The position numbers and the translations under genes were made by a program. A stretch of 64,000 nt of DNA, taken from positions 16,184 to 80,183 of the forward strand of contig JADZFR010000007.1 in the NCBI GenBank assembly GCA_020849795.1. Reading direction: 5' to 3'. Every line of letters begins with the position of its first letter. The stretch's first letter is position 1. The DNA comes from Planctomycetota bacterium (GTDB taxonomy: Bacteria > Planctomycetota > UBA8742 > UBA2392). This document shows, one piece after another, positions 38,867 through 47,880 of the stretch. The notes under the pieces are model-generated. The model saw nothing but the letters and a program-made list of their open reading frames with translations, was not told where the DNA came from and did not search any database.

Positions 38867-39925
38867 ATGCCTGAGCCACTCAAACTTGCCGACATCAAGC
38901 TGCGCATGCAGGCCTATGGCGTGAAGCCGTCCAAGCGGCTTGGGCAGAACTTTCTGGCCGACTTCAACCTGTTGCGCGCCATCGTCGCCGACGCCGAGCT
39001 TGACGAGGGCGACTGTGTACTCGAGATCGGCACCGGGGCCGGATCATTGACCGGCCTGATGTGCGACGCCGCGGGGCTGGTCATCAGCGTCGAGGTAGAC
39101 CGCGGCATGTTTGAACTGTCGCGCGACATCCTTTCCGGGGTGCGCAATCTCGTGCAGTTGCGCTGCGACGCGCTGAACGCAGCCGCCCGTGGCTTACACC
39201 CGGGGCTGGAAGACCTGCTGCGCGTGTACCTTGCCTCGGACAAGATCTCGCCAACGCCGGCCGGCGAACAGGAAATCGAGGTGCACTCCAACCTGCCCGG
39301 CAGGGCGCCGCGCTGCGGCCGCCTGAAACTGGTGGCGAACCTGCCCTACTCGGTGGCTACCACCGTGATCATTGCCGCCCTTGAATCGGGGCTGCCCTTT
39401 GAGCGCATGCTGGTGATGGTGCAGCACGAAGTCGGCGAGAAGATCTCTGCCCGCCCGATCGACCGGCAATGGGGCCTGCCTGCCCTGTTGCGCTACCAGT
39501 TCGCCGAGGCGCGCATGATCCGCAAAGTGCCGGCCGCCGTGTTCTGGCCCCGCCCCAAGGTCGATTCCGCCCTGCTGGAGTTGCGGCCCAAACCGCATCG
39601 CCCGAACATGGACGCGTACCATCGGCTGCGGCGGCTTGCGCACATCATGTTCCAGCACCGCCGCAAATCGAGCAGCAACTCGCTGGCCATGGCGCTGGGA
39701 GTGCCGAACAGCCAGGCCGCAGCCTGGATCAGCGCCGCCGGCGGCAACCCGGGAGACCGGGCCGAGCAGCTGGCGCCCGAGGTGCTGCAACAGGTCGCGG
39801 ACCAGCGCGAGGTTGAGCCGCTGGTGCGCATGGCGATGCAGCAACACGAGTCGCAGGTCGATGCCAAAGCCGACAAACGCGCGCGGCGGGCGGTCTGGAA
39901 GTCGCGCGTCTACGGCGACGAGTAA
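38867..39925 (+). CDS. rsmA: 16S rRNA (adenine1518/1519-N6)-dimethyltransferase RsmA/KsgA, with ~70-aa C-terminal extension
   Basis: LGQNFL motif, SAM-binding EIGTGAGSLT, NLPY motif. Confidence 0.85.
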   Translation: MPEPLKLADIKLRMQAYGVKPSKRLGQNFLADFNLLRAIVADAELDEGDCVLEIGTGAGSLTGLMCDAAGLVISVEVDRGMFELSRDILSGVRNLVQLRCDALNAAARGLHPGLEDLLRVYLASDKISPTPAGEQEIEVHSNLPGRAPRCGRLKLVANLPYSVATTVIIAALESGLPFERMLVMVQHEVGEKISARPIDRQWGLPALLRYQFAEARMIRKVPAAVFWPRPKVDSALLELRPKPHRPNMDAYHRLRRLAHIMFQHRRKSSSNSLAMALGVPNSQAAAWISAAGGNPGDRAEQLAPEVLQQVADQREVEPLVRMAMQQHESQVDAKADKRARRAVWKSRVYGDE

Positions 39926-40024
39926 GCAGCCGCGCGCCATTGCCCCGCTTGCCCACGCTTGCTAGAAGCTGAGCCGCAATTCGTGGTCCGCTAGGCACTT
40001 GTGTCGATTCGCACAGAGGCAGAC

Positions 40025-41359
40025 ATGGTTTCGGTTTTCATTCCAAAAGAGACCCATGCGGGCGAAAACCGCGTTGCCGCAACGCCCGACACCGTCAAGC
40101 AACTGGTCAAGAAGGGCGTAAAAGTCGTCATTCAGGCCGGCGCGGGCCTGAACTCGCACTTTTCCGACGACGACTACAAGGCGCTGGGCGCCACCATTGA
40201 GCCCGAGCGCGAAAAAGGGCTCGCGCAAGCCGACCTCGTCATGCAGATCAACATCCCCGACGCGGCCACGATCAACGGCATACGCGAAGGCGGCAGCCTG
40301 ATCAGCTTTCTCTGGGCATTTGAAAATCTCGATGCCGTCAAGAAACTCAACGAGCGCAAGATCAGTATGTTCGCCATGGACGCCATCCCGCGTACCAGCC
40401 GCGCACAGAAAGACGACGCGCTGTCCAGCCAGGCCAACCTCGCCGGCTACAAAGCGGTCATCGTCGCCGCCAACCACCTGCACAAGATTCTGCCGATGAT
40501 GATGACGCCCTCGGGCACCATCAAGCCGAGCCGCTTCGTGATCATCGGTGTCGGCGTCGCGGGCTTGCAGGCGATTGCGACGGCCAAGCGCCTTGGCGCG
40601 ATTGTTGAAGCGACCGACCCGCGGCCCGAGACTAAGGAACAAGCCGAGTCACTGGGCGCAAAGTTCCTGATGGTCGAAGGCGTAGAGGTCAAGAAGGGCA
40701 CCGGCGGTTACGCAGCCGAGCAGTCCGACGAGTACAAAAAGGCACAAGCCGAGCTGCTGGCCAAGGCGTTCAAGAATGCCGACGCGATTATTACGACGGC
40801 GCTGATCCCCTACCGCCCGGCGCCCAAGACCATCAGCGCCGAACATGTGCGCAGCATGAAACCGGGCAGCGTAATCGTTGACCTGGCTGCAGAACGCGGC
40901 GGAAACTGCGAATTGACTGAGCCCGGCAAGACCGTGATCAAGGAAGGCGTCACGCTGGTCGGCGACCTGAACTGGCCCAGCACCGTGGGCGTTCACGCCA
41001 GCGAAATGTACTCGCGCAACGTGCTGAACATCCTGCTCGATTCGCTGACGAAGGAAGGCGAACTGAAGTGGGACTACAAGGACGACATCGTCGACGGCGC
41101 GATGGTGTGTCACCAGGGCGAGGTGCACCACCCGAAAGTACGCGAGTTGATGGGCCTGCCGCCTCTCCAGAAAGAAGAATCCAAGCCCGCGGAGTCAGGA
41201 AAACAGGAGCCCGGAGCGCAAGCGACGGGTAGTCAGACAGAGCCGGCAAAGGGCGCCGAACAGTCAAAAGCTGACGCCGGGGCAACGCCAGCAAGCGCAG
41301 GCAACGCGGCAGCAGACGACTACGCCAGGAAGCCGGACGGTTACGAGAAGAAGGAATAG
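40025..41359 (+). CDS. pntAA: NAD(P) transhydrogenase subunit alpha part 1
   Basis: Ala-dehydrogenase/PNT N- and C-domains (IGVGVAGLQAIATAKRLGA). Lys/Glu/Ala-rich C-terminal tail. Confidence 0.85.
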   Translation: MVSVFIPKETHAGENRVAATPDTVKQLVKKGVKVVIQAGAGLNSHFSDDDYKALGATIEPEREKGLAQADLVMQINIPDAATINGIREGGSLISFLWAFENLDAVKKLNERKISMFAMDAIPRTSRAQKDDALSSQANLAGYKAVIVAANHLHKILPMMMTPSGTIKPSRFVIIGVGVAGLQAIATAKRLGAIVEATDPRPETKEQAESLGAKFLMVEGVEVKKGTGGYAAEQSDEYKKAQAELLAKAFKNADAIITTALIPYRPAPKTISAEHVRSMKPGSVIVDLAAERGGNCELTEPGKTVIKEGVTLVGDLNWPSTVGVHASEMYSRNVLNILLDSLTKEGELKWDYKDDIVDGAMVCHQGEVHHPKVRELMGLPPLQKEESKPAESGKQEPGAQATGSQTEPAKGAEQSKADAGATPASAGNAAADDYARKPDGYEKKE

Positions 41360-41361
41360 CC

Positions 41362-41658
41362 ATGGACACAGGCGCAATCCTGATGCTGCTGTACGTGTTC
41401 GTGCTCGCTTGTTTCGCGGGCTACCAGCTCATCAGCAAGGTGCCGCCGACGCTGCACACGCCGCTGATGTCGGGCGCCAACGCGATTTCGGGCATCACAA
41501 TTCTGGGCGCCATGCTGGCCGCGCGCATCGGGCCGGGGGCGCCGTTCAACGCTTCAACCATCCTGGGCATGCTGGCGGTGGCACTGGCCACCATCAACGT
41601 GGTCGGTGGATTCATGGTCACGGACCGCATGATGGGCATGTTCAAGAGCAAGAACTAA
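41362..41658 (+). CDS. pntAB: NAD(P) transhydrogenase subunit alpha part 2 (membrane)
   Basis: 98 aa with 3-4 TM helices, between pntAA and pntB. Confidence 0.85.
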   Translation: MDTGAILMLLYVFVLACFAGYQLISKVPPTLHTPLMSGANAISGITILGAMLAARIGPGAPFNASTILGMLAVALATINVVGGFMVTDRMMGMFKSKN

Positions 41659-41668
41659 GGGGCCGGCA

Positions 41669-43126
41669 GTGAACTTCGTTGCATCGTCATCAGGTCCGCT
41701 GGAATGGAACTACATCGCCGCCAACTTCGGCTATCTGGCGTCGGTGGTGATGTTCATGCTTGCCATCATGCGCATGGGCCGCGTCAAGACCGCCCGCAGC
41801 GGCAACTTTCTGGCCGCCGCGGCCATGCTGCTGGCCGTGGTCAGCAGCTTCGTCGAGATGGGCAAGATCAACCCGGCGTTCATTGTCGCAGGCTTGATCA
41901 TCGGCGGCGCGGTCGGCGCCATCATGGCCAAGCGGGTGCAGATGACGCAGATGCCCGAGATGGTGGCGCTGCTCAACGGCTTTGGCGGCCTGGCCAGCAC
42001 GCTGGTCGGCCTGGCCACCTTCTACTCGCTCTTGGGCGGCGGCACACTGTCCATGATGATGGGCCGTGAGGGCGGCTGGTTCGGCGCGATCAACCTGGTA
42101 CTGACACTGATTGTCGGCAGCGTGACGTTCACCGGCAGCGTCATCGCGTTTCTCAAGCTGTCCGAAAAAATGTCGGGCCGGCCGATCCTGCTGCCGATGC
42201 GCCACGTCTTGAACGTGCTGCTGCTGGTCATCCCGCTGGCGATGGGCGTGGCCGCCGTCTGGTTTGTCAGCAACCCGATTCTGGTCGGCTTGATCTTGAT
42301 CGGCATCGTCCTGATCACCTTCATCCTTGGTGTCACCATCGTGATCCCGATTGGCGGCGGTGACATGCCCGTCGTGATCTCGCTGCTCAACAGCTATAGC
42401 GGCATTGCCGCCGCGTTGGCCGGCTTCACGATCGGCGAAGCGGTCCTGGTCGTCAGCGGCAGCCTGGTGGGCGCATCGGGCATGATTCTGACCCAGATCA
42501 TGTGCAAAGCCATGAACCGCAGCCTGGCCAACGTCATGTTCGGCGGTTTCGGCGCCGAGCCGGCTGCAGGCGGCGGTGGCGGCGGCGAGTATGTGGGCGT
42601 CAAGGCCGCCGACGCGGAAACCGCAGCCATGATCATGCAGGACGCGCAGAGCATCGTGATTGTGCCGGGGTATGGCATGGCCGTCGCGCAGGCACAGCAC
42701 GCCGTGCGCGAAATGGCCAAGATTCTCGAAGACAAGGGCGCGAGCATCCGCTACGCCGTGCACCCCGTGGCCGGCCGCATGCCGGGGCACATGAACGTGC
42801 TGCTGGCCGAGGCCAACGTGCCCTACGAGCAGCTGTTCGAGATGGACCAGATCAACGACGACTTCCGCAACGTCGACGTGGTACTGGTCATCGGCGCAAA
42901 CGACACCGTAAACCCGTCGGCCAAGACCGACAAGACCAGCCCGCTGTTCGGCATGCCGGTGATGAACGTCGAGGAAGCCAAAACGGTGTTCACCATGAAG
43001 CGCAGCCTCGGCGGCGGTTTCGCGCAGGTGAAGAACACGCTGTTCGAATGCCCGAACAACTACATGGTGTACGGCGACGCGCGCAAAACACTGGAAGAGA
43101 TCATCAAGGCTCTTAAAGAAGGGTAA
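41669..43126 (+). CDS. pntB: NAD(P) transhydrogenase subunit beta
   Basis: Multi-TM N-domain plus NADP(H)-binding dIII (VIVPGYGMAVAQAQ...GANDTVNP). GTG start. Confidence 0.9.
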   Translation: MNFVASSSGPLEWNYIAANFGYLASVVMFMLAIMRMGRVKTARSGNFLAAAAMLLAVVSSFVEMGKINPAFIVAGLIIGGAVGAIMAKRVQMTQMPEMVALLNGFGGLASTLVGLATFYSLLGGGTLSMMMGREGGWFGAINLVLTLIVGSVTFTGSVIAFLKLSEKMSGRPILLPMRHVLNVLLLVIPLAMGVAAVWFVSNPILVGLILIGIVLITFILGVTIVIPIGGGDMPVVISLLNSYSGIAAALAGFTIGEAVLVVSGSLVGASGMILTQIMCKAMNRSLANVMFGGFGAEPAAGGGGGGEYVGVKAADAETAAMIMQDAQSIVIVPGYGMAVAQAQHAVREMAKILEDKGASIRYAVHPVAGRMPGHMNVLLAEANVPYEQLFEMDQINDDFRNVDVVLVIGANDTVNPSAKTDKTSPLFGMPVMNVEEAKTVFTMKRSLGGGFAQVKNTLFECPNNYMVYGDARKTLEEIIKALKEG

Positions 43127-43145
43127 CGCATCACGGGAACATATG

Positions 43146-43179
43146 GGCGCTGTCCTGTGTTCACGGGACAGCGCCTTTT
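43146..43179 (+). terminator. Rho-independent terminator after pntB
   Basis: 10-12 bp GC stem GGCGCTGTCC...GGACAGCGCC followed by TTTT. Confidence 0.55.
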
Positions 43180-43195
43180 CCATTCCGGAGCCTGC

Positions 43196-44260
43196 ATGCA
43201 CAAACTTCTGCCAATCCTGTTATTGCTTGCCGGTTGTGTCGCCCGCGAACCCGCCCCTCAGCCGGTGCCGGAACTGCCGCCGCTCGACATCGGCCTGGCC
43301 ACCGGGCACCGGGCTGTTGTCGTCGCCGATGGGCTGCGCAACCCCAGCTTTGTCTCGTTCAAGCCGGGCAGCGGCGAGCCCACGGTGTGCGACAGCGGCA
43401 ACGGGCGCGTGTTGCTGATCACCGGCAACGGCCCGCGCGCGTTGATCGACGACATGGCCACCGAGTTCTGGAAGGTCCTGGAAGACGGCCGCAAGCTTTA
43501 CCAGGTCGGCCCGATGGCCGCGGTCTGGCAGGATCAAGAGACACTGGTTGTCAGCGACTCCGGCCATCCCGACGGCAAAGAATCCCTGCTGTGGGTAAAG
43601 CCAGGCAGCAACGACGGTGAACCTGGTGCGGTCACGGCGCGAAGCAACACGATTGCGCCGACCACCGACGACGCAGCAGACAAAGGCGAGGGCAACCTGA
43701 CTGGCTTCTGCCGAGACGGCACCACGCTGTACGTGTGCTGCCATGGCAACGACAAGCGCACATGGGTGGCGGTCGCTGACCTGAAGACGCGCCAGATCAA
43801 GGCCACCTTCTCGGCCGACGAACACGGCATTGCAACGAACTCGCCGATGCAGGCCCGGCTGTGGCGGGGCGGGCTGCTGGTGCTGTACAGCGGCGCGGGC
43901 GGCGTGGACGACGGCCTGCTGGTGCACTGGGACCTGGCCAGCGGCAAACCGCAGCAGCAATGGATACTGCCGGGGCTTTCCGACCCGATGGGCCTGGCGC
44001 AGATCCCCGGCAGCACAGACGAGTTCGTGGTGACCGACAACGCCTGGGCCCTCGGCAAAGTGAACGATGGCAAGCTGGCGCGGGTCAATCTCGGCAGTGA
44101 CAGGGCGCAGGTCGCGGTCATCGCGAATCGAGTCCCCGGCCCCGTGAACTGCGACTTCGGCCCTGATGGCGAACTGTACGTCACCTGCCTGGGTACCGAG
44201 ATTGACACCGACAAAGGTTTGCTGCTCCGGGTGAGCGGAATTGAAGCGCACGATCGTTAG
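43196..44260 (+). CDS. Hypothetical lipoprotein, likely beta-propeller
   Basis: Signal peptide plus lipobox LAGC. Repeated Gly/Asp-containing beta-strand units. Confidence 0.55.
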   Translation: MHKLLPILLLLAGCVAREPAPQPVPELPPLDIGLATGHRAVVVADGLRNPSFVSFKPGSGEPTVCDSGNGRVLLITGNGPRALIDDMATEFWKVLEDGRKLYQVGPMAAVWQDQETLVVSDSGHPDGKESLLWVKPGSNDGEPGAVTARSNTIAPTTDDAADKGEGNLTGFCRDGTTLYVCCHGNDKRTWVAVADLKTRQIKATFSADEHGIATNSPMQARLWRGGLLVLYSGAGGVDDGLLVHWDLASGKPQQQWILPGLSDPMGLAQIPGSTDEFVVTDNAWALGKVNDGKLARVNLGSDRAQVAVIANRVPGPVNCDFGPDGELYVTCLGTEIDTDKGLLLRVSGIEAHDR

Positions 44261-44385
44261 GGTATTGACAGGTCAATATCAGTCCGATACAGTCCCGGGC
44301 GAGGAAACCATGCGCAGCAATTTCAATCACCGTCCCTTCACGAGTCGCAGAGCGGCATAGGTCGGTGTTTCCAGAATGACCTTCA

Positions 44386-44418
44386 GCGCCCTGCGAACCT
44401 GCAGGGCGCTTGTGTTTT
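44386..44418 (+). terminator. Terminator-like hairpin upstream of tRNA-Asn
   Basis: 9-bp stem GCGCCCTGC-gaacct-GCAGGGCGC followed by TTGTGTTTT. Confidence 0.4.
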
Positions 44419-44446
44419 GCAGCCGTCAGCACGTCGGCACAGGTAC

Positions 44447-44522
44447 AGGGGTGTGGTGTCAGTTGGTAGCACGTCCGGTTGTTACCCGGAAAGTGAAGGT
44501 TCGAGTCCTTCCGCCCCTGCCA
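44447..44522 (+). tRNA. tRNA-Asn (anticodon GUU)
   Basis: 76-nt cloverleaf folded by hand. 7-bp acceptor AGGGGUG/CGCCCCU (one G-U). Anticodon loop UUGUUAC. T-arm GAAGG-UUCGAGU-CCUUC. Discriminator G, encoded CCA. Confidence 0.85.
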
Positions 44523-44650
44523 GCAACCAGGTTAGTAACCGAGGGCTCTACACGCAGCGACGATCGCTCCGCTTACGCCATTCGCTGTTCGCCTTCGGGC
44601 GAACAACGAACGGCTGCTACGCGTTCCAAACAGCGCGCTGCGCTGTTTGG

Positions 44651-44678
44651 AGGTTCGAGTCCTTCCGCCCCTGCCAGC
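44651..44678 (+). repeat. 28-bp direct repeat of the tRNA-Asn 3' end (T-arm + acceptor 3' strand + CCA); first copy at 44497..44524
   Basis: Exact 28-nt identity AGGTTCGAGTCCTTCCGCCCCTGCCAGC, 127 bp after the intact tRNA. Confidence 0.75.
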
Positions 44679-44787
44679 CGTGCCGGCGCCACAGGCCAGG
44701 CGGCTGTTGTGCAGCAACCAACATCGTGCTCTTTTCGCACTTGCTCGATCTCCGGCCCTCATATACTGCGAAGGGCTTCGGACCTTC

Positions 44788-46260
44788 ATGCTCAAGCAGA
44801 TCTTCGCGGATAACGCCACGCTGACCTGGACCCTGATCGCCATCGACTGGCTGATCCGGGTCGCGCTTGGCATCCGCATCATCATGCGCCGCAGCTCGAC
44901 CGGCTTCACGCTCGCGTGGCTGACTGCGGTGCTGTTGTTGCCGGTGCTGGGCGCGATCATCTACCTGCTGCTGGGCGAGCGCAGACTGGGAACTCGCCGT
45001 GCCAAGCGCATCGAAGAGCTGCGCAAACCCTATCGCGCGTGGCTGGAAAACTTGGCGAAAGACTTTCCGGTCGAAGCAGCCGCGCTGGGCTCGGGCGCTG
45101 ACATGATCCGGCGCCAGGCGCGGGGCACGGTGGGTGTGCCGACTTTGCCCGGCAACACGCTGCAACTGATTGACGATGCGGAAGCGTTCTTTGACCACCT
45201 GATTGCCGATATTGAAACCGCAACCTCCAGCGTTCACCTTGAGTTCTACATCTGGCTTCCCGGCGGCCGCGCCGATGACGTTGCCAACGCACTGACCCGC
45301 GCCGCCGCGCGGGGCGTGAAGTGCCGCATCCTGGTGGACGACGTCGGCGGCGCAGACCTGGTCGGCTCGGACACGCAAGCCATGCTTGAGAAAGCCGGAG
45401 TGCGCGTAGTTTCGATGCTCAAGGTAGGCCTGCTGCGCTCCATGTTCGCCCGCGTCGACTTGCGCAACCACCGTAAAATTGCCGTGATTGACGGCGTCAT
45501 CGGCTACACCGGCAGCCAGAACATTGCAGACCCCAAGCTGTTCAAGGCGCAGGAAGGCATCGGCGAGTGGCTCGATGCCATGGTGCGCATGACCGGCCCG
45601 GCTGTCGAGGCGTTGCAGGTGACACTGCTTGCGGACTGGGAGTTCGAGACCTTCGAGGGCATCGAAAAGAACGTGGCTGATTTCGATGTCAAGCGCAGCG
45701 CCCCTGTCGGCGATGCCCTGGTGCAGGTCGTGCCCTCGGGTCCCGGCCTCAGCCAGCTTGCAATCCAGGAGTTGATCCTGACCGTCATCTACGCAGCCCA
45801 CACCGAACTGGTGCTGACGACGCCCTACTTCATACCCGATGACGCGATGATCAAGGCGCTGTTGTCCGCAGCCGCCCGCGGTGTAGATGTGCAGCTGATG
45901 TTGCCGCGCTACCCCGACAGCCGCGTCGTCAAGTGGGCCGGCGAGAGCTACTTTGAAGAACTGCTTGAGGGCGGCGTCTGCATTTGCCGCTATGAGGGCG
46001 GAATGCTGCACACCAAAGCGATTGTGATCGATGGGCAGATCGCAATGTTCGGCTCGGTCAACCTGGACATGCGCAGCTTCTACCTGAATTTCGAGATCTC
46101 GATCGTCGTCTACAACGGTCTGTTCGCGCAAAAGGTGCGCAGTCTGCAGGAACACTATCGGCAAAGTTCGCAGAAACTTGACCTTGAGCGCTGGCGCTCA
46201 CGACCGGTAATGCTGCGTTTTGCACAACAAACCGCACAGTTGCTGAGCCCGCTGCTTTGA
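44788..46260 (+). CDS. cls: Cardiolipin synthase
   Basis: Two N-terminal TM helices and two HKD motifs (NHRKIAVIDG; LHTKAIVIDGQ...GSVNLD). Confidence 0.85.
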   Translation: MLKQIFADNATLTWTLIAIDWLIRVALGIRIIMRRSSTGFTLAWLTAVLLLPVLGAIIYLLLGERRLGTRRAKRIEELRKPYRAWLENLAKDFPVEAAALGSGADMIRRQARGTVGVPTLPGNTLQLIDDAEAFFDHLIADIETATSSVHLEFYIWLPGGRADDVANALTRAAARGVKCRILVDDVGGADLVGSDTQAMLEKAGVRVVSMLKVGLLRSMFARVDLRNHRKIAVIDGVIGYTGSQNIADPKLFKAQEGIGEWLDAMVRMTGPAVEALQVTLLADWEFETFEGIEKNVADFDVKRSAPVGDALVQVVPSGPGLSQLAIQELILTVIYAAHTELVLTTPYFIPDDAMIKALLSAAARGVDVQLMLPRYPDSRVVKWAGESYFEELLEGGVCICRYEGGMLHTKAIVIDGQIAMFGSVNLDMRSFYLNFEISIVVYNGLFAQKVRSLQEHYRQSSQKLDLERWRSRPVMLRFAQQTAQLLSPLL

Positions 46261-46347
46261 GGCCCGCAATTCACCCGGGATATTTTTCGATGCACCGCGC
46301 ATTGCAGAGTCGTATGGTGCAAAATCTTGTCTTATCCGGAGACTGCT

Positions 46348-47196
46348 ATGAGCGGATCAGGCGCATCGCCGGTCAATACCCGCCCCTACGGCAACACATT
46401 CCAGGGCGCGGCTGGCCCTGCCGGCAGCTTTGAAGAAGCCGCCCTGCACCGGGCCGCCACCAAACTCGCGAAAATCAGCAGCAACCAGTCGGGGGACGCG
46501 CCCGTGGGTTTCAACTGGGGCACCGGTGTCGCTGCGATCCTGCTGGCCGCAATCCCGGGTGGCTTGTTCGCGCTGCTGGCGTGGGCCGCGTTCACCGACA
46601 AGAGTGCAGGCGCCACGCCGGGCATGATCCTGACGCTGATTGCGCTGTTGTTCGTCGGTTTGCCCTTCCTGATTATCCGCACTTCCAAGCCGGATTCGCC
46701 GAAGAAGGCATTGAAAGAGTTCTATCGCGCCGTGGGGCGCGGCAATGCCAAGCGCGCGATGGCGCTGGTTACCAATGCCGACAAGGACAGCCTGCAGCGC
46801 CGCCAGCCGGTCATCCCCAAGCTCGGGCGCCCGTCCGGCTATACCCGCTCGCTGAATGACGCGGACGGCTTCAAAGGCTACTGGAACGAGCTTGTCCGCA
46901 CCCACCCGGCGCCATACTGCCTGACGCGAGTCAGCGGGCTTCAAGTTCAGGAAGTCAAACCGGGCGTGGTCATCGCCGACTTCGAACTGACACTGACCAT
47001 GAACACGCAACTGTGGTGGATCCTGATCCTGGTCGCGCTGCTGCTCGCTGCGCTGCTGGACATACTCACGCGCAAGGTCGTGAAGGTGCGCATGCGCAAA
47101 GTGCTGGTGCAGGTCGGCGAGGAATGGAAGCTCTTCAACGGCGAGTGGCAAGGCTACGAAGAAATGGACCTGCGCTGGCTCGATGCCCGAGCCTAA
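46348..47196 (+). CDS. Hypothetical membrane protein
   Basis: Two central TM helices and a C-terminal TM. GGAG before the ATG. Confidence 0.5.
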   Translation: MSGSGASPVNTRPYGNTFQGAAGPAGSFEEAALHRAATKLAKISSNQSGDAPVGFNWGTGVAAILLAAIPGGLFALLAWAAFTDKSAGATPGMILTLIALLFVGLPFLIIRTSKPDSPKKALKEFYRAVGRGNAKRAMALVTNADKDSLQRRQPVIPKLGRPSGYTRSLNDADGFKGYWNELVRTHPAPYCLTRVSGLQVQEVKPGVVIADFELTLTMNTQLWWILILVALLLAALLDILTRKVVKVRMRKVLVQVGEEWKLFNGEWQGYEEMDLRWLDARA

Positions 47197-47738
47197 ACCG
47201 GCGGGGGCAACAGTTCGGCCAGCGTCTGAAACGCCGTTCGAATGCGCGTTTTCACCGTCCCCAGCGGCATATCGAGCGCCTTGGCGATCTCGCGCTGGCT
47301 CAGCCCTACAAAGAAGCTCAGCTCAACAAGCGTGCGTTGGGCCTCGGGCAAAGTGTCGACGTGCTTTCGCATCATTTCGCGCAATTCGTCTTTGGCAATG
47401 TTGGCCGAAGGCGTCTCTTCGTCCAGGTTGCTCGCGCCCTCGGTAAAGACCTTCTCGGTGCGCCGGCGGCTTGCCGATGCGCGCGCAAAATCCAGCGCGC
47501 GGCTGCGGGTGATCATGGCGACCCAGGTTTCGGCGCTCGCGCGCGAGCGGTCAAACTTGCGCGCTTCCTGCCAGACGGCCACGGCGATTTCCTGCTCGGC
47601 GGCGTCGAAGTCTTCTTTATACAGCGTGCGGTGCAGCACCGCCTGGATCAGCGGCCGTGCGCTTTCATAAAACTCGTTGTACGCGACCGTGTCGCCGTCG
47701 GCGACGCGATGCAGCAGCTTGGTCAGCCCCTGACGCAT
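47193..47738 (-). CDS. RNA polymerase sigma-70 factor, ECF subfamily
   Basis: Sigma region 2 (FYESARPLI...) and region 4 HTH (LSQREIAKALDMPLGTVKTRI). Start at the internal ATG. Confidence 0.8.
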   Translation of the reverse strand: MRQGLTKLLHRVADGDTVAYNEFYESARPLIQAVLHRTLYKEDFDAAEQEIAVAVWQEARKFDRSRASAETWVAMITRSRALDFARASASRRRTEKVFTEGASNLDEETPSANIAKDELREMMRKHVDTLPEAQRTLVELSFFVGLSQREIAKALDMPLGTVKTRIRTAFQTLAELLPPPV

Positions 47739-47880
47739 GGCAAAACCCCGGGGTTCATTCGTGAGCGCAAACAGTATAACCACCCCATGAGAAGTCCTCC
47801 TCCAGGAAAGTGGAGCCGCCGCCGGAATAGACCGTTGCGGCGACTACGTTGGACGTTGTCCTGCATCTGCACGGATTGAA

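Noticed and set aside
44523-44680. tmRNA (ssrA) or a second complete tRNA ending in the duplicated T-arm/acceptor/CCA.
   Set aside because: No 5' strand complementary to the acceptor 3' strand exists within 400 nt other than the one used by tRNA-Asn. No D-arm or anticodon arm, and no tag-peptide reading frame. Interpreted as a 3'-end duplication plus a structured spacer.
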